Below, piece by piece: positions 17,643-26,747 of a DNA stretch of 64,000 nucleotides. The DNA is taken from assembly GCA_017536405.1 (NCBI GenBank), contig JAFXHL010000026.1:9036-73035 (forward strand), given 5' to 3'. The notes below the pieces were generated by a model, which saw nothing but the letters and a program-made list of their open reading frames with translations, searched no databases and was not told where the DNA came from. The position numbers and the translations under genes are program-made. The stretch's first letter is position 1. Each line of letters begins with the position of its first letter. This stretch comes from Oscillospiraceae bacterium (lineage in GTDB: Bacteria > Bacillota > Clostridia > Oscillospirales > Ruminococcaceae).

Positions 17643-19769
17643 TTAGAAATTGGTAATGATGTTATTGGCATCAAGAATAATTGTGATACTGCCGTCGCCG
17701 AGTATTGTACATCCCGCCATACCATACTGCTTTACATTGAAATCGTTGAACATTGGTGAGAAGGGCTTAACAACTACCTGCTGTTCGCCCAAAAGTTCGT
17801 CGGCATAGATGCAGGCTGTCTTTCCTTCTGCTTCAACGAGAATTATGATACCTTCATAGATGTTTGTGTATGTAGGTTCAAGGTCATAACACTTATAGAG
17901 TCTGATAAGGGGATAACATTCGCCTCTTATCATAATCATTTCGTTGCCGTATGTATCATGGATAAGCTGGTTTTCATGAAGCTTGAAGCTTTCCTTGATT
18001 GAATTTATGGGAAGTGTGAAGATTGACTTTCCGACAGAAACATTCATTCCGTCTACAATAGCGAGTGAGAGAGGAATCTTTATGATGAATGATGTTCCCT
18101 CGCCGAGTTTACTTTCAACAGAAACCGTTCCGCCTATCTTTTCGATGTTCTTCTTTACAACATCCATACCAACGCCTCTGCCCGAGAATTCAGTTACAAC
18201 TTCGTTGGTTGAGAAACCTGCCGCCATAACAAGCTGGAATGCTTCTCTTTCTGTGTATTCTTCACGGGGCTTTGTGAGTATTCCGTTTCTTTCGCCCTTA
18301 TCGAGAAGTTTTTCTGCGTTCATACCTGCGCCGTCGTCTGAAACAACGATGATAACTTCACCTGATGAGTTATATGCAGAAAGTTTTACAGTTCCCTGTG
18401 CGGGCTTGCCTGCTGCTATTCTGTCTTCAACATTTTCTTCGATACCATGGTCAACGGCATTTCTTACCATATGCATAAGGGGGTCGTTGAGGTTATCGAT
18501 AACGCTCTTGTCAACTTCTGTGTTTTCGCCTTCGAATACGAGGTTAACATCTTTATTAAGTTTAACCTTCATATCGCGGACAATTCTTGTCATCTTATTG
18601 AATGCGCCCGAAAGGGGAACCATTCGGATTGACATAACGATATCCTGAAGTTCGCTGTTGAGTTTTCTGAGCTGTCTTGCTGACTTCTGGAAATTGTCAA
18701 GCTGTAAGCCCTTAAGATCGGGGTTGCCTGTTACCATTGCTTCTGTGATAACAATTTCGCCGACCATATCCATAAGCTGATCGAGTTTATTGAGGTTTAC
18801 AGAGATAAGGCTCTGCTTTCCGCCGCCGCCCTGTCTGCCCTGAAGCATATTGTTTATCTGTTCAACAGACTTCTTGCCTTCGTCTGCCTTGGGTGCAGGA
18901 GCTGCTACGGGCTTTGGTGCTTCCGCCTTGGGCGCTTCTGCCTTGGGAGCTTCTGCCGCTACAGGTGCGGGAGCCGCTGCCTTCGGTACTTCTGCTGCTG
19001 CGGGAGCGGGAGCTGCTGCCGCTTCTTCTATGATTTCATATGATTTAACATTGAGTGCTTCTTCAATGCCGTTTATAACAAGCTGGTCGTTTCCGTCGAT
19101 TGCCTTGAAACGAACGATAAAGCCGTTGTCGATGATTGTCTTTGCTGTGTCGGCATTTGTTTCGATGTCAGAAGGTTCATAAGAGATTTCTGAACAGTCT
19201 TCTCTTATCTTGTTTACGAGAAGAAGCGCACGGAGGTTTTCCATCTTACAGTCATCATCGAAAATAACCTTTACAGTTACCATTCCTTCTGCTGCTACGG
19301 GAGCGGCCGCTGATGCGGATGCTGTTGCTTCTTCTGCCGCAGGTGCTTCTCCGCCACCGTTTTTAAGAACGGCAACATAAGCCTTTATTCTGTCATGACA
19401 AGGCGAGAAGTCTGTAAAGTCGTAATCGTCATTCTGCATTATGTCGATTTCAGCCTTGAGTAAATCAGACGCACTGAAAACAAGCTCGTAAAGATCTTTA
19501 GAATCACTTATAACGGGCTTTTCTTCTCTTATTATGTAAAACATGTCTTCAATGGCATGAGCGAGTGATGACATATTTTCAAGACCCATCATAGCAGATG
19601 AACCCTTGATAGTATGCATTATACGGAAGATTTCGTTAATGCTTTCTTTATCAAAAGAGCCCTGTCCTTCTGTCTTGATGAGTATCTGGTCAAGTTGTTC
19701 GAGGAGAGTTGTGGTTTCATAGATATACATATCAACCATACTTTCCATTCCGGGTTCGAATTTACTCAT
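17643..19769 (-). CDS. cheA: Chemotaxis histidine kinase CheA
   Basis: Hpt (FRIMHTIKGSSAMMG), dimerisation domain, HATPase (NAVDHGIE, DDGAGM, GRGVGMDVV) and a CheW-like P5. The ATG at 19769 has an AGGTG RBS. The track start at 19778 is a GTG inside that RBS. Two Ala/Pro-rich linkers. Confidence 0.95.
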   Translation of the reverse strand: MSKFEPGMESMVDMYIYETTTLLEQLDQILIKTEGQGSFDKESINEIFRIMHTIKGSSAMMGLENMSSLAHAIEDMFYIIREEKPVISDSKDLYELVFSASDLLKAEIDIMQNDDYDFTDFSPCHDRIKAYVAVLKNGGGEAPAAEEATASASAAAPVAAEGMVTVKVIFDDDCKMENLRALLLVNKIREDCSEISYEPSDIETNADTAKTIIDNGFIVRFKAIDGNDQLVINGIEEALNVKSYEIIEEAAAAPAPAAAEVPKAAAPAPVAAEAPKAEAPKAEAPKPVAAPAPKADEGKKSVEQINNMLQGRQGGGGKQSLISVNLNKLDQLMDMVGEIVITEAMVTGNPDLKGLQLDNFQKSARQLRKLNSELQDIVMSIRMVPLSGAFNKMTRIVRDMKVKLNKDVNLVFEGENTEVDKSVIDNLNDPLMHMVRNAVDHGIEENVEDRIAAGKPAQGTVKLSAYNSSGEVIIVVSDDGAGMNAEKLLDKGERNGILTKPREEYTEREAFQLVMAAGFSTNEVVTEFSGRGVGMDVVKKNIEKIGGTVSVESKLGEGTSFIIKIPLSLAIVDGMNVSVGKSIFTLPINSIKESFKLHENQLIHDTYGNEMIMIRGECYPLIRLYKCYDLEPTYTNIYEGIIILVEAEGKTACIYADELLGEQQVVVKPFSPMFNDFNVKQYGMAGCTILGDGSITIILDANNIITNF

Positions 19770-19839
19770 AATCAGCACCTACTTTTGTATAATTTTTCCA
19801 TTTACATAAAATATTTATCTAAAATAGCTTATTACTAAC

Positions 19840-19868
19840 ATTATAACAAAAAAAATCCTTTACTACAA
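19840..19868 (-). promoter_or_regulatory. Candidate sigma-A promoter for the cheA operon
   Basis: On the minus strand: TTGTAG (19863..19868), 17 nt ending in TGT, TATAAT (19840..19845). Confidence 0.4.
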
Positions 19869-19998
19869 GCGAAAAATGAGATATTATATAAATAAAGTTA
19901 GTTTTTTTAAAAATTTTTATGCGAAAATTGAAATTTGAACAAATCGGGCATAAATCTTTTGTTTAATATCACTAATCATATTTTTCGGAGGTGATTTT

Positions 19999-21777
19999 TT
20001 GGCTGATATTCTTCAGATAACGACCCCCGCGTTGCCGAGAAACTATGTCAATCCCAACGCGACACAGGCCCCTCAGGAACAATTCCAGCTTGCCAATACA
20101 ACACAGGTTGTAAGCACTCAGCAGAGAACCGACCAGCAGACTCAGGACAATGCCGACTATTCGGGTGAAAATTTATTAAAGCCTCTTGAACTTGCTATAT
20201 CGCAAAATCCCTCGATGACTGCGCAGTCTATCCAGTCGCTCATGACGGAGGAACTTCTCAATGCCTTAAAAGCATCGGGCAATACAAGCGGTCTGGATGA
20301 ACTCACCGCCCTTGCGAATGAAATTCTTCTTACCCCCGAAAATCTTTCTGCCGATATGGTGGAACAGGCAAAGGGAGCGACGGTTTTCAACGGAAAACTC
20401 TTCGATATGCTCCGCAATCTCACAAACCTTTCAGAAAAGGCTTTCGGTGGAAGTGAGATAAGAGAGAATATAACCGCGTTTTTAAAATCCTATGTAAACG
20501 CAACTACCCCTGAGGATGTTATGCGTTCACTTTCGCAGACATTCCGCTTTATGTCGGATGAAATGTTCGCAAGCCGTTCTATTTCAGACGAACTTTCATC
20601 ACTCGCGCAGAAATTTGCCGATAACAATGCGCTCGAAAACTTCCCCGAACTTAAAGAACAGGCGCTTGAAACAATGAAAAATGCAAGCGGAAGTCTTCTT
20701 ATGACAGACAGACTCAAAGGGCTTATTTCTCTCGTTTCTTATAATCTTTCAAGAATACAGAACTCTCCCGACGGGCTTAAAAACGCTTTCGACAAACTTA
20801 TCGACTCTATGTTGCAGAGCCCCGATATCCCGAAGGATATGGCGAATGAACTTCAGAGGGTTTTTTCTGAATTTGTCGAAAACTCAAAACTCCCCGATGA
20901 TGTAAAGTCGTTTACACTCGGTCGTGAGCTTGTTGATATGGGTTCGCTTTCGGCGAATAAACTTGCCGACTCTGTAAAGAATTTTGCAAACCATATGGAT
21001 AACCCCGTGTTTTTACAGAGTCTTTCAGATATCGACACAACAAACGGTCTTTTCTCGATAAAGGATGTTTTATCGCTTATAACTCCCGAGAAAAACCTTC
21101 CCGATATCGACAATATGCTCGAAAGTTTCACTCAGAATAAAGACCTTAACATCCTCGCTGAAAACTTATCGAAGGTGCTTAATTCGATTGAGAATGAGAA
21201 TGTGAAACTCCCCATTGCGCAGAGGCTTAACGAGGTGCTACAGAACATCCTCGAAAAAGGCGATGCGCAGTATGAAAAGCCGACCGCTTTAGAAAATTTC
21301 ACTAATTTCCTTTTAAAGAATATTGATGACTCCGCTTTAAACACACTCCCTCAGTTCAGCCGTGATAATCTTATGTCATCACTTCTTACGGCGCCGGGGG
21401 CATACACTCCACTTTTACACGCGCTTCTTCCGCTTAAAACCGAGGAAGGCGACAAAAAGGCTTTCGGTGAATTATGGGCGGATAACTCTGAGGACGGAGA
21501 GAATTTTCATATTCTTCTCGATTTCTCGATTGATGATGTCGGTGAATTTGAGCTTGAAATAAACGCCGAAGAGAGAGACCTTACCGTAAATCTTTTCTGT
21601 CCCGAGGATTTCTCGAAGAATTTCCCCAATATGAGAACTGCGATAGCAAGATTTGCCGCAGGCAAGGGATATTCTGTAAGAACTTCAAATGTAGGTGTTT
21701 TAAGGGAAAAGAGAAGTTTAACAAGTGTTTTCCCGAATGTTATGAATAAGAGAGGTGGCCTTAATGTCTCAGCCTAA
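19999..21777 (+). CDS. FliK-like (YlqG-like) protein with a hook-length-control-type C-terminal domain
   Basis: 592 aa with a TTG start after GGAGGTG. Gln-rich N-terminus and a long helical middle. The C-terminus FHILLDFSIDDVGEFELEINAEERDLTVNLFCPEDF resembles the Flg_hook pattern of the bona fide FliK at 39794..41410. Paired with an FlhB-C-terminal-like gene. Confidence 0.55.
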   Translation: MADILQITTPALPRNYVNPNATQAPQEQFQLANTTQVVSTQQRTDQQTQDNADYSGENLLKPLELAISQNPSMTAQSIQSLMTEELLNALKASGNTSGLDELTALANEILLTPENLSADMVEQAKGATVFNGKLFDMLRNLTNLSEKAFGGSEIRENITAFLKSYVNATTPEDVMRSLSQTFRFMSDEMFASRSISDELSSLAQKFADNNALENFPELKEQALETMKNASGSLLMTDRLKGLISLVSYNLSRIQNSPDGLKNAFDKLIDSMLQSPDIPKDMANELQRVFSEFVENSKLPDDVKSFTLGRELVDMGSLSANKLADSVKNFANHMDNPVFLQSLSDIDTTNGLFSIKDVLSLITPEKNLPDIDNMLESFTQNKDLNILAENLSKVLNSIENENVKLPIAQRLNEVLQNILEKGDAQYEKPTALENFTNFLLKNIDDSALNTLPQFSRDNLMSSLLTAPGAYTPLLHALLPLKTEEGDKKAFGELWADNSEDGENFHILLDFSIDDVGEFELEINAEERDLTVNLFCPEDFSKNFPNMRTAIARFAAGKGYSVRTSNVGVLREKRSLTSVFPNVMNKRGGLNVSA

Positions 21778-22060
21778 GGATAAAGCGGCGCTTAAAAACA
21801 GTGCCGTTGCGCTCAAATATAATCCCGATAAGGATTACGCTCCCGTTGTTGTTGCTTCGGGACACGGAAATGTCGCTGAAAAGATGATTTCTCTCGCCGA
21901 CAGCAGCGGAGTTCCGATTTACAGGGACGACAGTGCCGCCGCACTTCTTTCTATGCTGAAAGTCGGAAAAACAATCCCGCCCGACCTTTTCGACCTCGTT
22001 GCCTCGATTTATGTTGAAATTTTAAAGACTTCGGGGAAGGTAGGGAATAATAAGAAATAG
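21764..22060 (+). CDS. FlhB C-terminal-domain paralog (YlqH/FlhX-like, EscU/YscU/HrcU family)
   Basis: ALKYNPDKDYAPVVVASGHGNVAEKMISLADSSGVPIYRDDSAAALL aligns by eye with FlhB AIQYDKDKDVAPRVIAKGADNVAMKIIEVATEHKVLMQENIPLAHALY. It begins just after the position of the FlhB NPTH cleavage site. The ATG at 21764 follows GAGGTGG and overlaps the upstream gene by 14 nt. Confidence 0.85.
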   Translation: MSQPKDKAALKNSAVALKYNPDKDYAPVVVASGHGNVAEKMISLADSSGVPIYRDDSAAALLSMLKVGKTIPPDLFDLVASIYVEILKTSGKVGNNKK

Positions 22061-22100
22061 AAAATTACTAAAACAATTTCAGAAGGAGAAGATCAAGATA

Positions 22101-23159
22101 ATGAAAAAATTTTTATTTTTGATTGTATGTAGTATTTTGCCGTTCTTACTATCAGCATGTAATTACGAAGAAAATAATGAAAATCTGTCTGATGATAATT
22201 CAATAGTTTCTGCAACAAACATTGCAGAAAAGCTTCCTAGCGAAGAGGAGCAATTACAAAATTTATTAAATGTATTAGCTCCTATCACCGACCGCAGTTT
22301 ACTACTAAAAATAAATGACTTCTATAGTATTGCCATACAATCATCTTTGTCTTCAAATTCTGAATCTGTTATAGATCAACTATCTGATCTTAAAAATGAA
22401 ATCGTATCTTCTCTCGATAATATTATAAATTCAACTATTCCATCAGGCTATGCAATACAAGATGATTGGGATATTTTATTAACCAGTTGCTTAGCATTAA
22501 AAAACGATATTGAAAACACAATGATAGCGTTGGAAGATAATGATCCTAATCGTGTTTTAAATCTCCGTAAAAATATTGAAAATACAACTATACTTGAAGA
22601 AGCGTTAAGCATTCAAAACACTTTATCAGGAAAAATTTCCGAAATACAAGAAGAACAAGAAAAATTGAACATAGCTGCAATTTACACTTATGATGAATGT
22701 TTATCAAAAGCGACAAAATATGCTCGATACTATTTTGAAAATCCAAATATTACTGAATTTGATTTAAACGGAAACAATTCTCCTATTGTTATTGATGATA
22801 TATCTGGCAAACATTACTCCTTTACATTAGCTGGAAACGATAATGTTATTATTTTAATAAACGTTGAAGATTGTAGTATTATTTGTAAAGAAATCACCCG
22901 AATGGGATATAGTTACAAATATATTAATGATGATGAATTACCTTCAGAACATGGAGATATTGCAATGCCAAACATAATTGGAATGAATTGCGAAGAAGCA
23001 AAAGAGTTGCTAAATAATATGAATATTACATATGATGAAGAAATATTATGTATAGACACTGACAAAGTCCCCGAAGGAAATGTCGCTCATTGCTATCCTA
23101 GTCCGGGAAATATAGTAACAAATGATCCTGTTAAAATCTTTAAAGAAATAGAATATTGA
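22101..23159 (+). CDS. Lipoprotein with a C-terminal PASTA-like domain, in a low-GC segment
   Basis: MKKFLFLIVCSILPFLLSAC is a signal peptide plus lipobox. The C-terminus MPNIIGMNCEEAKELLNNMNITYDEE..VPEGNVAHCYPSPGNIVTNDPVKIF fits the PASTA pattern. Confidence 0.7.
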   Translation: MKKFLFLIVCSILPFLLSACNYEENNENLSDDNSIVSATNIAEKLPSEEEQLQNLLNVLAPITDRSLLLKINDFYSIAIQSSLSSNSESVIDQLSDLKNEIVSSLDNIINSTIPSGYAIQDDWDILLTSCLALKNDIENTMIALEDNDPNRVLNLRKNIENTTILEEALSIQNTLSGKISEIQEEQEKLNIAAIYTYDECLSKATKYARYYFENPNITEFDLNGNNSPIVIDDISGKHYSFTLAGNDNVIILINVEDCSIICKEITRMGYSYKYINDDELPSEHGDIAMPNIIGMNCEEAKELLNNMNITYDEEILCIDTDKVPEGNVAHCYPSPGNIVTNDPVKIFKEIEY

Positions 23160-23170
23160 TTAATAAAACG

Positions 23171-23201
23171 TTTTTGTTTTATTACCCCACAAAGTAAAAG
23201 A
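23171..23201. repeat. 31-nt exact repeat (partner at 58966..58996)
   Basis: TTTTTGTTTTATTACCCCACAAAGTAAAAGA is identical at both sites. Each copy is followed by a terminator hairpin and then a module D copy. Confidence 0.85.
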
Positions 23202-23206
23202 AAAAA

Positions 23207-23235
23207 TAACTCCCTCAGATGAGGGAGTTATTTTT
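23207..23235 (+). terminator. Rho-independent terminator
   Basis: Stem TAACTCCCTC/GAGGGAGTTA, loop AGAT, followed by T5. Confidence 0.75.
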
Positions 23236-23239
23236 ATAT

Positions 23240-23344
23240 GTAAAACGAAAAGACGAGGTTTAGTTCCAGGCAAACGAGCGAAGGAATACGAGGGTATTCC
23301 GAGCGAGTTTAACGACGAAATAAGCCACGGATTTGGCGTTTTAT
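23240..23344. repeat. Module D, second full 105-nt copy
   Basis: Starts GTAAAACGAAAAGAC and ends GGCGTTTTAT. Central hairpin GGAATAC..GTATTCC. Its end contains the cheD stop codon (23341..23343). Confidence 0.7.
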
Positions 23345-23817
23345 AAGTTTTTGATAGGGTTCATTGCAGACTTGACCTGCATCGTTCCCGTCTGCGCATC
23401 AAAGAATACAGTTCTTCCGTAATTGAGACCTGTGTCTTCGGCAACTATCGGGATATTGAGTTTGCTGAGCACAATCTTTACCGCCTGAATATTGCGTTCA
23501 CCGATATTGAACACGCCTGAATTGCCCTGGAACATCTGCGCTCCGCCTGCAATTTTGGCTACTGTTCCCGGAAAAGAAGCACCCTTTTGTTTCATTAAAT
23601 TGTAAAGCTCCCATATACCCGTGTCGGCATACCTTCGCATATTATCCTGCTTTGAAGCATCTTTACTCCAGGGTAGCATTATATGCGCAAGTCCTGCTAT
23701 TTTTGCTTTTTCGTCATAAAGACATATTCCGATACACGAGCCGAGAGCGTAGGTGGCAAGGATGTCCGTGCCTGAGCAGACATTGAGGTCTGCTATTCCA
23801 ACGTTTATTGTGCTCAT
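23341..23817 (-). CDS. cheD: Chemoreceptor glutamine deamidase CheD
   Basis: 158 aa. YALGSCIGICLYDEKAKIAGLAHIMLP is the CheD active-site region. Overlaps cheC by 4 nt. Confidence 0.93.
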   Translation of the reverse strand: MSTINVGIADLNVCSGTDILATYALGSCIGICLYDEKAKIAGLAHIMLPWSKDASKQDNMRRYADTGIWELYNLMKQKGASFPGTVAKIAGGAQMFQGNSGVFNIGERNIQAVKIVLSKLNIPIVAEDTGLNYGRTVFFDAQTGTMQVKSAMNPIKNL

Positions 23818-24437
23818 ATTTCTACTCCCAGCTTAGAAAATAGTAATTCAAGTGATTCCATTTCGGGAATAAGAATCATATTACTTCTTATTTCATCATC
23901 AGAAACCTGAAATTTATCGTCGATATAGATAACCTTGTCTGAAACTTCTGCAAATTCAACGGCGGGAACAGACATAATAGCCCCTACCATATCCGCGCAG
24001 AATGCGGGAACAGAAATGTCTATGAAAAGACCTGTGAGCTGTGCTATCGCGTTTACATAAGCACTCGCCATGATGTTTCCCATTTCGCAGATAGCGGAAC
24101 GGTCCATCTCGTCAAGAGTTAAAACATTTTCTGTCTTTTTTCCGTAGAATGTTGTTGTAACCTTATTCGCAAAATTTTCTTTGAGAAGATACATCATCAT
24201 TCCCTTTATATCACCTGAAAGTCGCACAAGAAGGCCTATAACAACCTGCTCGGGACCGCCGAGAAGGTCTATTACCTCGTTGTATTCAAGGTCTCTTACA
24301 ACGGGAACACCTATATCAATCTCGCTTGATAAAATCTGTGAGAGAGATGTTGCCGAGTTGCCCGAACCTATATTTCCGATTTCACGGAGAACGTCCATAT
24401 GCATGGCGTTAAGGTCTGTAAAGTTGTTTAAAGCCAT
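23814..24437 (-). CDS. cheC: CheY-P phosphatase CheC
   Basis: 207 aa. Both D/S-x3-E-x2-N-x22-P sites are intact (DVLREIGN..22 aa..P and SAICEMGN..22 aa..P). Confidence 0.92.
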   Translation of the reverse strand: MALNNFTDLNAMHMDVLREIGNIGSGNSATSLSQILSSEIDIGVPVVRDLEYNEVIDLLGGPEQVVIGLLVRLSGDIKGMMMYLLKENFANKVTTTFYGKKTENVLTLDEMDRSAICEMGNIMASAYVNAIAQLTGLFIDISVPAFCADMVGAIMSVPAVEFAEVSDKVIYIDDKFQVSDDEIRSNMILIPEMESLELLFSKLGVEI

Positions 24438-24460
24438 TTGCCTTTAGCTCCTTTCAAAAA

Positions 24461-25186
24461 CTATCTTCTGAGAGAGTTTACACGCTGTTCGATGTCATCT
24501 GCTGTCTGAACAAGTTTTGCGTTGAAACTGAAACCTCTCTGATATTTGATGAGGTTTACCATTTCTGTTGCGAGATTTACAGATGAACCTTCGAGATAAT
24601 ACTGTAATTTTTCCTGACCCCTGTCTGCTTCGGGTTCGCCCGAACTTCCGTTGGCTAAAAAGTAGTTGTCGCCCTCGTTATCAAGGCCATAGGGGTTTGG
24701 GAATTTGAATGTTCCGATGAGTTCCATAGTAGCGGCGCTGTCGAGATTTCCTTCTTCATCGAAAACCGCTGTTATGGGGTTCATATCATAATCGAGAACA
24801 TAGTTTCCCTTGGGGTCAACAAGTCCCCATGTGCCGTCGCCGTTGTTGCTGAGTCTGAATGCACCGTTTTTTGTGTAATAAATCTGACCTGATGATGCGT
24901 CCTCCACTGCGAAAAGTTCTTCAGAGGGGATAGCAAAATCAAGTTCGTTTGCTGTGCTTTCAAGTCTTCCTATATCAAACATAAGGTCGGTCTTGTCAAT
25001 CTTGACGCCGTGACCTGTTTCAACCTGGTCGTTTCTGAGTTTGGTTGTATAGATAAGGTCGCTGAAAGAGGCGCGGTGTGTTTTAAAGCCGTGAGTGTTG
25101 ACGTTTGCAACGTTGTTTGATGTTATGTCAACCGCTCTCTGCATACTAATTGTTCCTGCTTTTGCAGAATAAAATCCTACTGTCAA
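24461..25186 (-). CDS. Flagellar basal-body rod protein (FlgG/FlhP-like)
   Basis: 241 aa. N-terminal ITSNNVANVNTHGFK and C-terminal LEGSSVNLATEMVNLIKYQRGFSFNAK are rod/hook family signatures. Confidence 0.85.
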   Translation of the reverse strand: MTVGFYSAKAGTISMQRAVDITSNNVANVNTHGFKTHRASFSDLIYTTKLRNDQVETGHGVKIDKTDLMFDIGRLESTANELDFAIPSEELFAVEDASSGQIYYTKNGAFRLSNNGDGTWGLVDPKGNYVLDYDMNPITAVFDEEGNLDSAATMELIGTFKFPNPYGLDNEGDNYFLANGSSGEPEADRGQEKLQYYLEGSSVNLATEMVNLIKYQRGFSFNAKLVQTADDIEQRVNSLRR

Positions 25187-25201
25187 AACAAACTACCTCC
25201 T

Positions 25202-25966
25202 TTATCTCATTGATGCGATTTCTGTTGCCGCACGCTGATTTATGCTGTCGATAGCAGAAAGCGCTGTGCTGCAGGCTTCAAAGAGTCTCTGTGCCGCTAA
25301 AACATCTATTGTTTCTTCTGTTATATCGACATTCGAGCGTTCATAAGCGCCCTGAATAATTCTGTAATCTTCGCCTTCGGGGATATCGTTTGTTCCTGTG
25401 ATATTGACAAACATATTATCGCCCTTTTTCTCTATGTCTTCATTACTGTCAACGAAAGTCAGCTGTAAACGGAATGTTCTTCCGTCTTCTGTGTTTATTG
25501 TTCCATCTTCCATAACAGAAAAGTCTGCTGTTCCGATAAAGATAGGCTCGCCGTTATCGCCTATGACTCTTCCTGCCGAGCCCAAAGCGAGATAGCCCTC
25601 TTCATCGAGGTTGAACTGACCGTTTCTTGTGAGTAAGACTTCGCCGTCATCCTCATAGAGTTTGCTGTAAGGCCTTATATTGAAATAAACATTTCCTCTT
25701 ATCGCCATATCAAGACGAGAGCCTGTGTATTCAAACGAGCCCTGCTCCAAATCTGCCCTGACGATTTCCTGTGTTCTGTATGTGATGTTACCTGTTCTGT
25801 TATTCTTTCCTCTTACAAGGATAAGACGTTCATCAAAGGTTGTGTTTATGCTTGTATCGGCTTTATAACCCGCGGTATGAACATTCGCTACATTACCGCT
25901 TATTATGTCGATAATACGCTGTTGGTTTATCATACCGTTTGCCGATATGTAAAATCCTCTATACAT
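25202..25966 (-). CDS. Flagellar basal-body rod protein (FlgF/FlhO-like)
   Basis: 254 aa. ISGNVANVHTAGYK and C-terminal YERSNVDITEETIDVLAAQRLFEA. Confidence 0.85.
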   Translation of the reverse strand: MYRGFYISANGMINQQRIIDIISGNVANVHTAGYKADTSINTTFDERLILVRGKNNRTGNITYRTQEIVRADLEQGSFEYTGSRLDMAIRGNVYFNIRPYSKLYEDDGEVLLTRNGQFNLDEEGYLALGSAGRVIGDNGEPIFIGTADFSVMEDGTINTEDGRTFRLQLTFVDSNEDIEKKGDNMFVNITGTNDIPEGEDYRIIQGAYERSNVDITEETIDVLAAQRLFEACSTALSAIDSINQRAATEIASMR

Positions 25967-25979
25967 AAAAAGTCTCCTT

Positions 25980-26747
25980 TTACTGTTTTATGTAGTCTTC
26001 CATACTGAGTCTTAAAAGCATCATTGCTTTTGTGTGTATCTGGCATACTCTCGATTCGCTGACGCCCATAACTTCGGCAATATCAGAAAATCTGAGCTGT
26101 TCGTAATAGTAAAGTGAAACGACGGTTTTCTGCTGTTCGTTTAGTTTGTCGATAGCGCGCGCTAACATCTGGCTTCTTTCTTTTAAATAAAGATTTCTTT
26201 CTGTCTCCCAATTGCCCATTTCGTCTTTGGGGGCAGAAAAATCCGCAGCGCCGTTTTCTATCATTTCTTCAAAAGAAAGCGAATTGGCGGATGCCGCTGC
26301 TGCCATACCCTTCTGCAGTTTCTCGACAGAAATGCCCATAGCCTTTGCGAGTTCTTCGTTTGTAGGCTCTCTGCCATACTCCGCATAGAGTTTTGAGAAT
26401 GTCGTGTCAAGGTCTTTAGCAAATCGGCGGACGCCACGGGGTATAACGTCCTGCTTTCTTATGTAGTCAATAATAGCGCCTCTTATTTTTATGGAAGCAT
26501 AGGTTTCAAACTTGACATTCTTTTCGGTATCGAAAGATTCAACCGCAGAAATGAGTGCCATCATTCCTTCGTTTGTTATATCTTCGGCATCGGCATATTT
26601 CTGATACATATTTCTTGTTGAAATAACCGCATATCTTACTACCGATGAATACGCCATGACAATATCGTTTCTTACCTTTGTGTCGCGGGTTTTCTTGTAT
26701 CTTTCAAAAAGTTCCTTTGACTTTTCTTCGGTTATTGTAACTGCCAC
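25980..26747 (-). CDS. fliA: Flagellar sigma factor, FliA/SigD (sigma-28) family
   Basis: 255 aa. Sigma-70 regions 2-4 (FETYASIKIRGAIIDYIR; VVSLYYYEQLRFSDIAEVMGVSESRVCQIHTKA). Sits inside the flagellar cluster. Confidence 0.88.
   Translation of the reverse strand: MAVTITEEKSKELFERYKKTRDTKVRNDIVMAYSSVVRYAVISTRNMYQKYADAEDITNEGMMALISAVESFDTEKNVKFETYASIKIRGAIIDYIRKQDVIPRGVRRFAKDLDTTFSKLYAEYGREPTNEELAKAMGISVEKLQKGMAAAASANSLSFEEMIENGAADFSAPKDEMGNWETERNLYLKERSQMLARAIDKLNEQQKTVVSLYYYEQLRFSDIAEVMGVSESRVCQIHTKAMMLLRLSMEDYIKQ

Noticed and set aside
17983-18648. Long antisense ORFs inside cheA, fliK (40260..40985), fliY (33021..33445), ftsH (61351..61791, 62695..63153) and others in the track
   Set aside because: Each lies opposite a gene with strong family signatures. 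They have low-complexity Ser/Pro/Arg-rich translations typical of shadow frames and no RBS.
19940-19975. Sigma-D/FliA-type promoter (TAAA..CCGATTT) upstream of cheA on the minus strand
   Set aside because: The -10 resembles CCGATAT, but the spacer to TAAA is about 13-14 nt against the expected 15, and the leader would be about 170 nt. This is too weak to call. A sigma-A-like promoter at 19840..19868 fits better.
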